Virus record (IMG/VR): IMGVR_UViG_3300047319_001872
Location: 1-64,000 of that record
DNA length: 64,000 nucleotides
Strand: one strand, 5' to 3'
Of the stretch, positions 26,414 to 37,300 are shown piece after piece (the stretch's first letter is position 1; the number at the start of each line of letters is the position of its first letter). The position numbers were made by a program, and so were the translations under genes. The notes beneath the pieces were generated by a model. That model searched no databases. It was not told the origin of the DNA and saw only the letters and a list, made by a program, of their open reading frames with translations.

Positions 26414-27868
26414 TTAGATGGATTGCTTGAAACCCGCGTCGACCACTTGCAGCTGCGAGCCGACCCACCAGGCGACGTATTCGATCACCGAGATAGCGGC
26501 CGCTTCACGTACTTCGAGCGACGGGTTCTTCTTCTTGATGCGATCGATCCCAGCGAGGATACGCTCGGCTTCGGTCTTCGAGAAACGCGCGCGGCACACG
26601 AGCTTCAGGCCCAGCGTGTACAGGCATTCCAGATCCGACTCGACCACTTCGTCAAGCAGCTCATCGAACTTGGCCGTGGTGGCCGCGACGTCGAGGTTCG
26701 CGAGATCCTCATCGGCGAGCTCACGCAGCTGACGACGAAACACCGTCGAGAGCGCTTCCTTGGTGCGGGCGAACTTGCGGTTCGCTTCGACCGTGGCGGT
26801 CAAGGCTGCGTGGTTGTCCCACGCGCGCTTCAGCGTCCCGGCGTTCGCTTCGATGTCCTCGAGCATCACGTACGGGTTCGATTGCAGCAGATTGCCGAAG
26901 AGCACTTCGTTCTCGCCACCGTTCTCGATGTACTGCTTGTAGAGCTGCGGGTTGACGACGATCTCGTTGCTGCTCAGGCTGATCACCAGCGCGCCTGCCG
27001 ATTCGGCTTGCTCGTAAGCATTCAGTTCCCGGCACAGGAAGGCCGCGGCTTGATCGCGGAAGTCCGCCATCAGCGTTTCGTACTGCTGCAGGCTCATCGT
27101 GATCCCGTCGAGCGGGTTGTCGATCAGCTTGCGCGCCAGCAAGAAGATGATGAGTGCGTTGTCCACGCCACAGTCGGGCGAATTGAGCAGATCGACGAAG
27201 CGATGCACGCGTGCGTCGTTGATGTCGGCTTGACGTTGCTGGAAGGCTTTCGCCCACACGTCGATCAGGCAACCGTCACCCAGGGTGGCGGCAAACTGTT
27301 CGATGTCGGCATCAAGCGAAGCCGAACCGGTCTTCATCAGTTCGACGATTTCCGCGCCGGTTTGATCCGGCAGGTTGAAGTTCAGCGCCGGGGAATCCAG
27401 CGGCGTTTCTTCGAACTTGCGCACCATCGCATCGAATGCAGCATTCGTGAGCGGTGCGGGCAATTCGTCGATCCGCACTTCCATGCCGAGCAACTGGCTC
27501 GGGGTGTGCTGCGACAGAATGTCGGTCACGCGCGTGACCAGATCGTCGACGGCCGGAGCCACCACTTCCTTGGCGAACTTCACGTGCGACTGCACCGCCG
27601 GAATACAGACTTCGGCGATCTGGTCGAAGATGTTATCGTGATCCGAATCCCCAAAGACCGGATCTTTGATCGCCGCCGACGCCGCGAGTTGTTGCAGGTC
27701 GACCTTGATCGTTACGCCATCGTGCGAGGACGTGACGGTTTCGGGACTGCGGGTGCGGTTCACCAGCATTTCCAGCGGGGTGTCCGCACGCGGCAGCACC
27801 AGCAGCTTGCGCTGGTCGAAGCGCTCGGCCAACGGCAGCGCGCTCTCGAGGGCTTGAAGGCTCAGCAT
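26414..27868 (-). CDS. virion head protein (syntenic with phiKZ gp177)
   Basis: 484 aa; N-terminal ALE motif; synteny. Confidence 0.72.
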   Translation of the reverse strand: MLSLQALESALPLAERFDQRKLLVLPRADTPLEMLVNRTRSPETVTSSHDGVTIKVDLQQLAASAAIKDPVFGDSDHDNIFDQIAEVCIPAVQSHVKFAKEVVAPAVDDLVTRVTDILSQHTPSQLLGMEVRIDELPAPLTNAAFDAMVRKFEETPLDSPALNFNLPDQTGAEIVELMKTGSASLDADIEQFAATLGDGCLIDVWAKAFQQRQADINDARVHRFVDLLNSPDCGVDNALIIFLLARKLIDNPLDGITMSLQQYETLMADFRDQAAAFLCRELNAYEQAESAGALVISLSSNEIVVNPQLYKQYIENGGENEVLFGNLLQSNPYVMLEDIEANAGTLKRAWDNHAALTATVEANRKFARTKEALSTVFRRQLRELADEDLANLDVAATTAKFDELLDEVVESDLECLYTLGLKLVCRARFSKTEAERILAGIDRIKKKNPSLEVREAAAISVIEYVAWWVGSQLQVVDAGFKQSI

Positions 27869-27869
27869 G

Positions 27870-28067
27870 TTAGTCGGCTCCCAGAACTTTGCCCGCGCTC
27901 TCTTGGAACTTGAGCTGAGCCAGATTGAAAATCGTGCCGCGCGTGAGGGGCGACCCGTCGATGGTGTCCGCTACGTCGTTACCGACGACTCCCTGGACGA
28001 TAGCCGCAACCAACTCAGCGGCATTGCCGAGTGTCGCGACGGTCCGATGCGAATCTTGCAATTGCAT
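27870..28067 (-). CDS. small hypothetical protein (65 aa)
   Basis: ORF track; tiles between RNAP beta and the head gene. Confidence 0.6.
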   Translation of the reverse strand: MQLQDSHRTVATLGNAAELVAAIVQGVVGNDVADTIDGSPLTRGTIFNLAQLKFQESAGKVLGAD

Positions 28068-28159
28068 AGCTTTTCCTGTCTAGTAGACGTAAACGTTGAA
28101 AGGACGTGAAAAAAGGCCGAGTAGGTCACCCTCACCGCAATGAGGGCAACCACACTCAG

Positions 28160-31100
28160 TTAGCTCTTGTAGGCAGCGACTGCTCGTTTAGCAATCACGT
28201 CCAGCAGGGTGGTAGTAGTGCCGATAATCGCAGGGCTATTCACAATACGATCGTAGACACTCTTGTAACCGAATACGCAGTCGATGACTGTGCCCGACTC
28301 CGTCTTCAGTTCGTTCTCCATCACCTTACCGAACACCGTCTTCATCTGGTTGGCAAACACACCCTTGTCGCCGACCCCTGCGCTCACATCAGCCGTGATG
28401 TAGATCTGAATCGCCACCGTATCCAACGCCAGTGGTTCTCCGTCGACCCGGAAGCCCTCATCGGTACTTCCCGTGAAGCCCTTTCGTCCAGCGGACTTAT
28501 GGCGCTTCGCCATCTCACGATCCGACATGTTCGTCAGTTGCCGCAGCGACTCCGACATGTCCTCTTTGTCCCCATGATAGAAGACTTCAATGCGCTCGAC
28601 CACGCCCTTGGTCTTGGAGAGCGGCACCTGAGCAGACAGATTGCGCAAGGTGTCCAGCGACTCCTCATCAAAGAGGTGATTGTTCGCGGTGACCGCGTCC
28701 TCGATTATGCATAAGATGTCCTCGCTGCCCACGCGCTGGCCGGTTTTCACCAACCGATGCACGGCTTGATCGAAGTTCACCACGATCTTACGCACCTTGG
28801 TGGTCTTCGTGGTCAAGAGACCCGACACCCGTTTGCTAATCGCCGAGGAGTCTTCCAGGGTATCGGTCGACTCCAACAGAACCGTTTTGACAATCGTCCC
28901 GGCCTTCCACACCACCTGATTCGGATTCAACGTATCACGCTCGAAGAAGCCGGTGTTGTGACACAAGAGGTCGCCTGCCTTAAACGTCTGTCCTTCCTGC
29001 ACGTCTGCCACCACTTCATGCGCGACAGTCAGACCGGCTGCGTTGCCATAACGCCGCCCCAGCTCGATGCCCTTGCGCGTGCCATCCGCATACTCGATCA
29101 CCATGCCGGTGTCCGAGACACTGATTACCTTGCCGTCCTTCTTGGCCGTGTAAGCGTAGAGGTCCGAGGTCCGGTGAGCCAGCACCTGTTCATACCCGGT
29201 GCGCACCGATGCTTGTGTGTAACCCGCGCAGGCAATCCCGTGAGAGTGTTGAATCCCCACGAAGTTCACCCGCTTCGCATCGTCGCGATCCGAGCCGGGC
29301 GACAAGAGAGCTGCCGTTGAGAGCAGTGCCGTCGCCCCTGTCACCCCGATCTCGTACGGATTAGACGTCCCGCGCAGCGAATTAAACTGCGGGTCCGCGG
29401 ACAGGTAGGTGTTGATGGCCACGTCCGAGCTGTCCTTCGTCGACTCGGAGATGGTCCCCATGTCGTTGCGATGGTACTGACGCGTGCGTTTAGTCATCGA
29501 GCGACTGCCTCGACCGCCGGTGCCCGAGAAGGTCACCGCTTCGACGTCCTTCAGGTTTTCCACCGGGTTGATGTCCGACACCTGGTTCTTCGCCGGGTCG
29601 GTCTGAATGGCCGTCCAGACTGCGTACGGGTTCAGATCGATCGGATGCTTGTTCTTGCCCGGACGCCCGTTATGAATCCGGATCGCCCGAATCAGTTCCG
29701 CATACACGGCACCCGCCATACGCTCGTAGCCCTTGATCCGCATGTACTTCGGATCGAGCTCATCCGGGTGAGTATCCGAGAGCAGCATCTCCACCGCGCG
29801 CACCAGCAGACCCTGGAAGGTCAGCGGCTCTTTCATGCCCTGCAAGATTTCCCGTGTGATCGGATCGATAAACATCTGGTACATCAAATCGATCTCACGC
29901 AGGTACCGCTCCGAACGCCCGTTGCCTTCGAGGATGTTCAGATAGACGCCGCGCCGATCAAACTCGAACACGCTGTAGTTACGGATCTGACGGTGGAACT
30001 CGTTAAAGCCCCCGAGGATCATCGCCGCAAAGGTGTTATCGCGCGGGAAGATCAACGTCTCGTCCGAGAATGCAATCGCGTACTCGTTATCTTGCAGGTT
30101 CAGGCGCTGACCGGCATTCACTCGACGCGCTGTGACTTTCAGCGCCCGCATGAGCTTTTCCAAGCCCAGTTGGTAGCCCAGCACCACGGCCAACGGAATC
30201 GTGCGACCCAGCACCTTCAGTTCAGCAAACTCGACCGGCGCCTTCTTCGACTCCAGATCAAGCAACTCTTCCAAAGGCGGGACTGCATCCCCCGTGACAA
30301 GACTGACACCGTCTTTAAGCGTCGCAAGGAAGAAGTCCCCCTCACGATCCATGACGATGTAGTCACCCCCTTCGGCCTGACCACACACCAAACGACCGTC
30401 CACTTCGAGCGCCTTGACCACGTCCGGCCCGTAGAGCTTGTCGCGCTTCGAGTGATCAAAGAGGAAGTTGAGCTTCTTCGGGAAGTGCGCCGAATCGACC
30501 GTGAATCCGCGGAAACCCATCGCCATCGAAGAATACAGACGCGGCGCTTCAAAGAGGTTGTCGAACACGTCACCCGGATGCAGATTCACCACCGTGGTGT
30601 TTTCGTTATCCAACCCCATGGCCATGATCGCATTACGCAGCCATTGCGCGCGATCATTCACGCGCTTCTCGCTGCGCGAGACAAACACCTTACCGTAGTA
30701 GGAGGTCAGTGCCACGCGGTCCGGGGCGATCTTACGGATCGGCATGTCACCCTTTTGCTTGCGGATGCGATAGCGCGTGCCGTTGGCCATGTAGGTGCCG
30801 TCGTCTTGCAACAGCGGCAGCTTAAAGTGCAGCGTCGAAGCCGTACCCTGGACCGGCACAATCCGTACGTGGTACATCACGTACGAACCCATCACGTCAT
30901 CCACCTCTTCACGCTCGTAGGACGTCACGCAGATGCCAGCATTTTGCAAGGCCAGCACCATACCTGCCACGTCCTTTTCCAACAGCGTCTCGATGTAGCG
31001 CTGATCGAATTCGAGCAACGACGATTTCAACATCGTCTTATCCAGCACCGTCGGAATGTCCTTGATGGCAGGGGACTTATCCATCTTGGTTTCGTGCGGC

Positions 31101-32698
31101 TGGACTTGCGAGAAGTCGTGCAGATTCCCTTCACCCTTGGGAGCGGGCAGGTTCTTGGGGGATTGGGCCAGTTGCGTGAAGCGGCGATACTCGGCTGCAC
31201 TCACCATGCCATCGTCCGCCAGGCGATTGAGCAAGGCAATCACACCGTCTTCCGGTTGCGGCACGTCGTTCAGCTCGACCACTTCCGCCGGGTGCGGAAT
31301 CTCACCCGAGCCCACTGCGACCGCTTGACGACTGAACTTATCGAGCTCTTGCAGATCCTTTTCAATCTGCGCGTCCTCAGTCGGGTCAAAGACAAAGTCC
31401 TCGGCCTTCTCCGTGGGGGTGAATTCATCGGTCGGCGTGGTCTTGACCGTGGTGGTCTTGACCGCGGTCGGCTTCAGAATCGCTTCGCCCGTAATCGGAT
31501 CGACCTTGGGCAGACTCCCCGTTTGCTTAAAGGTCGGCAAGAGACTCTCGTCTTCCTCGTCGCCCTTACCCGCATCGAACTGCTCATCGGGATCGTAGTG
31601 TTGCGCTTCCGGTACTCCATCAGCACTCGCATCTTGCGCGTCCGCTGCCTGGATCGACTCTTCGTCTTGGGCGGCGTCTTCGGCTTCCGGACCCACGTCG
31701 GTGCGTACTTGAAAGAGCGACATCGACATACGCAGCAAGCGACGCTGCATCTGCACTGGTGAGAGCCCCTTCTGATTCGCTTGCGGATTCGCCGCGAGCT
31801 CTTCCTCAGTGGCCACGCGCCAACGATTGATCACACCCAGGTTCACCACGAACCAGCGACCCGATTCCGTGAAGATCAGATTCACGCGATCCAGATGCTC
31901 ATCATTGACGTTGGCAATCAGCGAGCTATGACGCGCATCACCTGCCCACTTCCACAGCTCGAGCAGCATCAATGCTTCGGGCGTATGGAACACCTTGAGC
32001 GTGCGCTGGTTCATTGCTTCCAGCGCCATGCTATCGACGTAATGGGGCGAGGCTTGGACCAGGTCCAGATACTCCTGATCGACCGACTCGAGCGCCAGCT
32101 TGATGCCTTCGGTGGCGACGCTCAGCACGTCCCCCTCAATCAACGACTCCGAAGCAATGCGCAGATCCGTCAAACCGGGCAGAATCTTGGGCAGCCGGAT
32201 TTCGATGAACTGATGGCGGGTCGAGTCTTTGGCCAGATCACCAATACGCTTCCAGACGGTCGCCGCAATATTGTACCAGCGGTTGTACTCCGCGAACATT
32301 GAGCGCTGATAACGGTAGAGCCCTGCCAGGAAGCCGTAGTTCATCACGAACGGGACATTCACATCCCGCAGCGCGGCGCTCAGGTTGATCTGACGACGAA
32401 AGCGCCGATGATGCTGATGGTACTTGCGAATCTCCGTTTCCACCGGCACCGCGACGCGTCGCGGCATGCCCTTATCCGAGAGCAACTCGATCTGGTGCAT
32501 GATCGGGATGGGACGCGCCACATGCCGGAAGAGGAATTCATCCGAGCGCGGCCCGATGTCCACCGCGCTTTCACTCACGTAGTGAAAGATCGACTCGCGC
32601 GGCAACTCCAGCAAATCGAGCTTGGGCATGGGCGGGTTCGTCAACTGCGAAGCCGTGCGCACCCCAAAGCGTCGAAAAAAGTTGTTGTAGAAAATCAT
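28160..32698 (-). CDS. virion RNA polymerase beta subunit, N-terminal part (phiKZ gp178-like)
   Basis: 1512 aa; beta motifs QKNQVSD-like region, KRVNFVGIQ, LEDSSAIS and VGDKG at the C-terminus. Confidence 0.92.
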   Translation of the reverse strand: MIFYNNFFRRFGVRTASQLTNPPMPKLDLLELPRESIFHYVSESAVDIGPRSDEFLFRHVARPIPIMHQIELLSDKGMPRRVAVPVETEIRKYHQHHRRFRRQINLSAALRDVNVPFVMNYGFLAGLYRYQRSMFAEYNRWYNIAATVWKRIGDLAKDSTRHQFIEIRLPKILPGLTDLRIASESLIEGDVLSVATEGIKLALESVDQEYLDLVQASPHYVDSMALEAMNQRTLKVFHTPEALMLLELWKWAGDARHSSLIANVNDEHLDRVNLIFTESGRWFVVNLGVINRWRVATEEELAANPQANQKGLSPVQMQRRLLRMSMSLFQVRTDVGPEAEDAAQDEESIQAADAQDASADGVPEAQHYDPDEQFDAGKGDEEDESLLPTFKQTGSLPKVDPITGEAILKPTAVKTTTVKTTPTDEFTPTEKAEDFVFDPTEDAQIEKDLQELDKFSRQAVAVGSGEIPHPAEVVELNDVPQPEDGVIALLNRLADDGMVSAAEYRRFTQLAQSPKNLPAPKGEGNLHDFSQVQPHETKMDKSPAIKDIPTVLDKTMLKSSLLEFDQRYIETLLEKDVAGMVLALQNAGICVTSYEREEVDDVMGSYVMYHVRIVPVQGTASTLHFKLPLLQDDGTYMANGTRYRIRKQKGDMPIRKIAPDRVALTSYYGKVFVSRSEKRVNDRAQWLRNAIMAMGLDNENTTVVNLHPGDVFDNLFEAPRLYSSMAMGFRGFTVDSAHFPKKLNFLFDHSKRDKLYGPDVVKALEVDGRLVCGQAEGGDYIVMDREGDFFLATLKDGVSLVTGDAVPPLEELLDLESKKAPVEFAELKVLGRTIPLAVVLGYQLGLEKLMRALKVTARRVNAGQRLNLQDNEYAIAFSDETLIFPRDNTFAAMILGGFNEFHRQIRNYSVFEFDRRGVYLNILEGNGRSERYLREIDLMYQMFIDPITREILQGMKEPLTFQGLLVRAVEMLLSDTHPDELDPKYMRIKGYERMAGAVYAELIRAIRIHNGRPGKNKHPIDLNPYAVWTAIQTDPAKNQVSDINPVENLKDVEAVTFSGTGGRGSRSMTKRTRQYHRNDMGTISESTKDSSDVAINTYLSADPQFNSLRGTSNPYEIGVTGATALLSTAALLSPGSDRDDAKRVNFVGIQHSHGIACAGYTQASVRTGYEQVLAHRTSDLYAYTAKKDGKVISVSDTGMVIEYADGTRKGIELGRRYGNAAGLTVAHEVVADVQEGQTFKAGDLLCHNTGFFERDTLNPNQVVWKAGTIVKTVLLESTDTLEDSSAISKRVSGLLTTKTTKVRKIVVNFDQAVHRLVKTGQRVGSEDILCIIEDAVTANNHLFDEESLDTLRNLSAQVPLSKTKGVVERIEVFYHGDKEDMSESLRQLTNMSDREMAKRHKSAGRKGFTGSTDEGFRVDGEPLALDTVAIQIYITADVSAGVGDKGVFANQMKTVFGKVMENELKTESGTVIDCVFGYKSVYDRIVNSPAIIGTTTTLLDVIAKRAVAAYKS

Positions 32699-34323
32699 GA
32701 ATCGTAACCTGTCAGATTGTGGAACACCAAGGACACGGTCGAGACCTCGATACTGGACATGAAGGAGCCGTCGGTACCCACGTAGGCGCGCTTCTTACTC
32801 AGGTGTGCCTTGACTTCCGCGATGGATTCGTCCGAATACGTGACGTTACCCGAAGCAGTATCGCCGTCAAAGTCAGCGCCCAGTTTGCCGAGCTTGGCCG
32901 AGTGCGGCACCAGCGAGTTGATAAAGGCCCCGCCTGCAATCGGGAACTGATACGCCACGGGCGCATCCAGACGCAGATGCCATTGCTCGTCGAGCTCCTT
33001 GCGGACCTCAGCCTTAATCGTCGTCTTCACATAGGCGAGCGACGGATAGATCGAGCCTACCCCTGTCACCGGGTAGCGCGTCACAAAGAGCGGCAAGCCA
33101 TTAATCGCCTGGAAGGTCGACAGATACAGCAACTCACAGAAGGTGAGTGGCGTCACATCCTTGCGACTGCGATCAATCGGCACATCGCCGATGTCCTGGA
33201 AGATCTTGTAGGTCCCGTCCGGGCCCTTGTAAATCAGACCCAGGTAATACCCTTCAATCTCCAACGGTTTATGGCGCAGGTCTTCGTCACCAAAGGACGT
33301 GATCACCTTCTCGATGCCTTCGTTGGTCATCCAGCGATCGTAGCTTTGCGTCTTAAGCGTGACTTCAACCGGGCGCAGCGTCTTCTTGTCAATCAGCTTA
33401 ACGGGCCGACCTACTTCAAAGAACACCTTGGAGAGAAAGCCATTGCGAATGTTGTACATCGCAATCGGGCGTGCCGCTTTCAGCATCTGGTACAGGCCGA
33501 TCACGGTGTTATTAAAGCCCACCGCATCGGGTGCTCCCAGATAGGGACTGGAGGTATCCATCGCGGTAATCACGTTTCGCGTGCCGTCCTGAATCCGCCG
33601 TGACGCCCACTTACCCATCAGCAGCTTCTTCTTGCCCTGCACCATGTTTTCCAGCATGTCGTACAGCTGGTTAAAGGTGAGCTGCAAGTTGTAGCGTGCG
33701 GTGTTGATGACTTCCGGCGCGGTCTTGACCGACGCTTCGGAGATGGTGTTGGAGATCGCCAGCAGTTTGCGGTAAAAGGTGTTGATCTCATCCATCTGCA
33801 CCCGACCACCGTCAAGCTCCACGTCCCGCATCCCCGCAGGCATCACGATCACTTTGCTCGTCAGCGCCACGCTCTGGAACTTCTTCAAGAGCGACACATT
33901 CATTTCCCGTGTCACACTCTTGGTGTCACCGAATTCGATCAGCTTCCAGTATTCCAGAAAGAACGCGTAGCCGGTACGGCCGGTAATCGAATTGCTGCGC
34001 TCAAAGTCTTTGGTTTCGGGATTCCACACGGCGTACTCGGTGCCCGCCATGATCGCGGCATAGAGACGCTTGAGCTGGGCGAGTGCCCGATAGATCACCG
34101 GATGGAACACCGGGGCCTTGATGTCGACAAATGAAAAGCGCTGACTCCGGCGCTCATCCCCGACTTTGCCGAAGATGCTCACCGAGAAGAGTCCGCCTTC
34201 ATCGAAGTTGTGGGTCGCGCCATCGAAGATGTCCTGTTTCGTAACAGGCTTCACCCCCACGAGCTTTTTCTCCGTGAGTTCAAGGATACTCACGTTAAAT
34301 GGCACGTCGGATTTTTGCGGCAT
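32695..34323 (-). CDS. virion RNA polymerase beta' subunit, N-terminal/catalytic part (phiKZ gp180-like)
   Basis: Catalytic ADFDGD motif; GLFSVSIFG and RYP motifs; ATGA overlap with beta. Confidence 0.93.
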   Translation of the reverse strand: MPQKSDVPFNVSILELTEKKLVGVKPVTKQDIFDGATHNFDEGGLFSVSIFGKVGDERRSQRFSFVDIKAPVFHPVIYRALAQLKRLYAAIMAGTEYAVWNPETKDFERSNSITGRTGYAFFLEYWKLIEFGDTKSVTREMNVSLLKKFQSVALTSKVIVMPAGMRDVELDGGRVQMDEINTFYRKLLAISNTISEASVKTAPEVINTARYNLQLTFNQLYDMLENMVQGKKKLLMGKWASRRIQDGTRNVITAMDTSSPYLGAPDAVGFNNTVIGLYQMLKAARPIAMYNIRNGFLSKVFFEVGRPVKLIDKKTLRPVEVTLKTQSYDRWMTNEGIEKVITSFGDEDLRHKPLEIEGYYLGLIYKGPDGTYKIFQDIGDVPIDRSRKDVTPLTFCELLYLSTFQAINGLPLFVTRYPVTGVGSIYPSLAYVKTTIKAEVRKELDEQWHLRLDAPVAYQFPIAGGAFINSLVPHSAKLGKLGADFDGDTASGNVTYSDESIAEVKAHLSKKRAYVGTDGSFMSSIEVSTVSLVFHNLTGYDS

Positions 34324-34398
34324 ATCTTATCCTGCGGGTTTTAAGCCCAAACCTATGAGGGGCTCACGTGCAGCCCGACATCATTGGAGCCTGTGTTT

Positions 34399-37300
34399 AT
34401 GGCCAAGCAACAAAAATTCACGTTGAACGATTTCCAGTTCGACAAGAACCTTGACGTGCCTGATTTCGATTTCGATCTCAAGCCGCCGAAGGATAACCGC
34501 AAGCCGGTTACCAAAGTCGGTGCTGGCCTGAAAGAAGGCATCAGCATGTCGGCCAAGAACTCCGAGTTTATCAAGGGAGTCATTGAGAAAGCACTTCCTC
34601 GGGGATACGGCTCCGCGTATGATCTCGCCGAGAAATCGTTCGGATCGATAAAAAGTCTATACGATGATACGACCAAGGAAATCCGGCCGTTCATGAACGA
34701 CTTGAAGCGCACGACGGCACGCTTGCTCCCGAAGGTGGAGCAGGCGATGCCCGACAAGCTCAAGAAGCAAGTGAAGGACTGGACTGAGACGGCCGATGCC
34801 AAGCCGGGTACCTCGAACTATGATCCTCGCGAGGCCGAGATCAGTGCGATGCTCGCAGGCTTCGCCCAGGTGCAGTCCCAACTCCAATACAAACAAACCA
34901 CAGAATCAGACACTAAGGATCGACTCCGTGAAGGCCTCGAACAAGTCCGCCATCGGGACAAACTCAACCAGATGGATGCGCTTCGCGTTGGTATCACTCA
35001 GCTTGTGGATTACCAAGCCAACGTTACCGCTAACTACCATCGCAAGTCGCTCGAGCTCCAATACCGCCATTACTTCGTTGCTGTAGACGCGCTGGAAGAA
35101 GCCAAGCGCAGCAACGCCGAGATGCGACTGCTCTTGCAAAGCGTAGTGCACAATACCGCGCTGCCCGAGCAAGCCAAGCTTAAAGCGTCAGACACCTTCA
35201 AGGACATGGCCAAGCAACAGGCGATGAAGCTGATTGGTGGGACGATCCTCGGGCGCGGTCAAGAGTTCCTCGGCAACTTCACCAACAACTTGAAGAAGTC
35301 AGCCCTGCGTACGGTGAAGGGCGGCCTGGGTCATGGCCGCTCAGGGCTTGATATGTTAAACGGCGTCTTGGATGCCGATGACATGGCGCGTGCGATGGGC
35401 ATGCAGACCGACCCGTATCATGCTGGTGGGATGGTGGCTGGTGCGTTTGGCACGGGTATCATCGGCCAGTGGCTCGCTAAGAAGATGGCACCCCATCTGT
35501 CGAAGATGCCAGGGGTGAAGAAGTTCGGTAACAAGCTGCAGTATGGCGTGGAGAATATCCCGCAGATGCTCGGTGAGTGGGCCCGCTCCTCGAAGGGGGA
35601 GAATGGTGGCATTACTGACGGTCTGGTGCGTCTCTTGAAGATGAACGTCAAGAGTTCGCAGAAGATGCAGACGGGCTTGCAGAAGGATACTGTCGAAGGG
35701 ATGGGTGAGCCCTCGTACTTTAGCCGTCAGTCGGCCAAGTCGCTCAACGAGATCATCCCTGGTTACCTTGCGCGGATTCTGCGTGAGTTGCAGATCACAC
35801 GCACGGGTGATCCAAACGTCGAGATGACGCATTACGACTACACCAAGAACAAGTTCGACACGCAAAGCAATGTGCGCAAGAACGCGTTTAAGTCCCTGGT
35901 CAAGGATAACGAGCGTAAGTGGACGACTGACTCGGTCGATAGCCTGATCGATGAAGTTACCAGTAAGACCGGTAAGACGCTCACGCCGGAACAGAAGAAG
36001 ATTCTCGGCAGCCAACTCCTGCGTAACAATGTCAAGGGACGACTGGGCGGCGAAGAAGTGCTCGGTAACCGACGCCGTTACGATGGCGAGGCAGCGGATC
36101 ATGCCGATACCTTCTCTGATCTGTTCCGTTCGTACTTCCGTAACGATCACGAGAACGAGCGCAAGCATTCCTTTGCTAATCAGTACAACGCGCTCGGTCA
36201 GTACGCTTCGGCTTCCCGTGAAAAGGTGCAACACTTCTCTAACTTGGGCATGAACGACTTCTTGAATGAAGCGGGTCTGCTCAATGATGACGAAGATGGC
36301 GTGAAGCTTGAGCAGTTCTTCGACTACTATTACGGCAGTGACTTCCATCCGGCCGCGGGTAGCGCAGCGCAGGGTTTCCGTCAACAACCTGGTGGACAGC
36401 CCGGCTCAGCCGCAGCGGCAGTGGGTCCGCGCCGTCGGCGCCGTCGGGGTAATGCGGCGACCAAGGGTCGAGTCAATCGGGGTGGCGTGCATCAGGCACT
36501 GTCTCAGCTGGCCGCGGGTCCGGTGCCGTCCTTTGCCACACCTGGCCTGATTACACCGAGCCTGGTGCCGACGACGGCCGCGCCGGGCTTGTACAGTCAG
36601 CAACCGAGCGCTCAAGCAGGAACGCCGAAGTATAAGCAACAACTGGCGAACTATCTGCAAAAGCTCGGGGTGCCGACCCCGCAGATTGGTCAGCTGGTCG
36701 AACAAACCGTTGCCGCGATGAGTTCGAGCGCTCACTCGGCTGTCCAGGGTGTGGCAGGGTTGCACGCCGCAGGTAGTCAGCAGGCCGGTGGTTTCTTTAG
36801 CAATGCTCGCGATCATGCCCGTGAGTTCGCCAATCGGACAGCTTCCGGTGCCCGTGCCCTGCACGAGAATGCCAAGAACCACATCGAGACGTTGCTGGAG
36901 AAACTCTCCGAAGGCGTCAGCTCGATGAGTGACGGCATCAAAGCCATTCAGGAACGCTTCGCTGACGCGCTGCCAGTGATGGTGGTGGGTAATGCTGCGG
37001 ATGGTTCGATCCCGACGGGCGCAGCAGGTACGGGTCGCAAGGTGCGCTGGTGGAACAAGTCAATCAAGGACGGCGTCAAGAGCCTCGCGTCGGGTGCTTG
37101 GGGTGGTATGAAGGGCGCAGGCAAGCTGGGTAACTGGTTAGTCGGCAGCAGCTTCGGGGGCCTCTTCGGTACGGCTAAGGCTGTGGGTGGCATCGCCAGT
37201 GGCATCGCAGGCAAGGTGCTCGACAAGGCCCGTGGCTTTAAGGATGTGTATTCGGAAGAGACGGGCCCGCGTAAGGTCTTGCTCTATGGTGCACGCCTGA

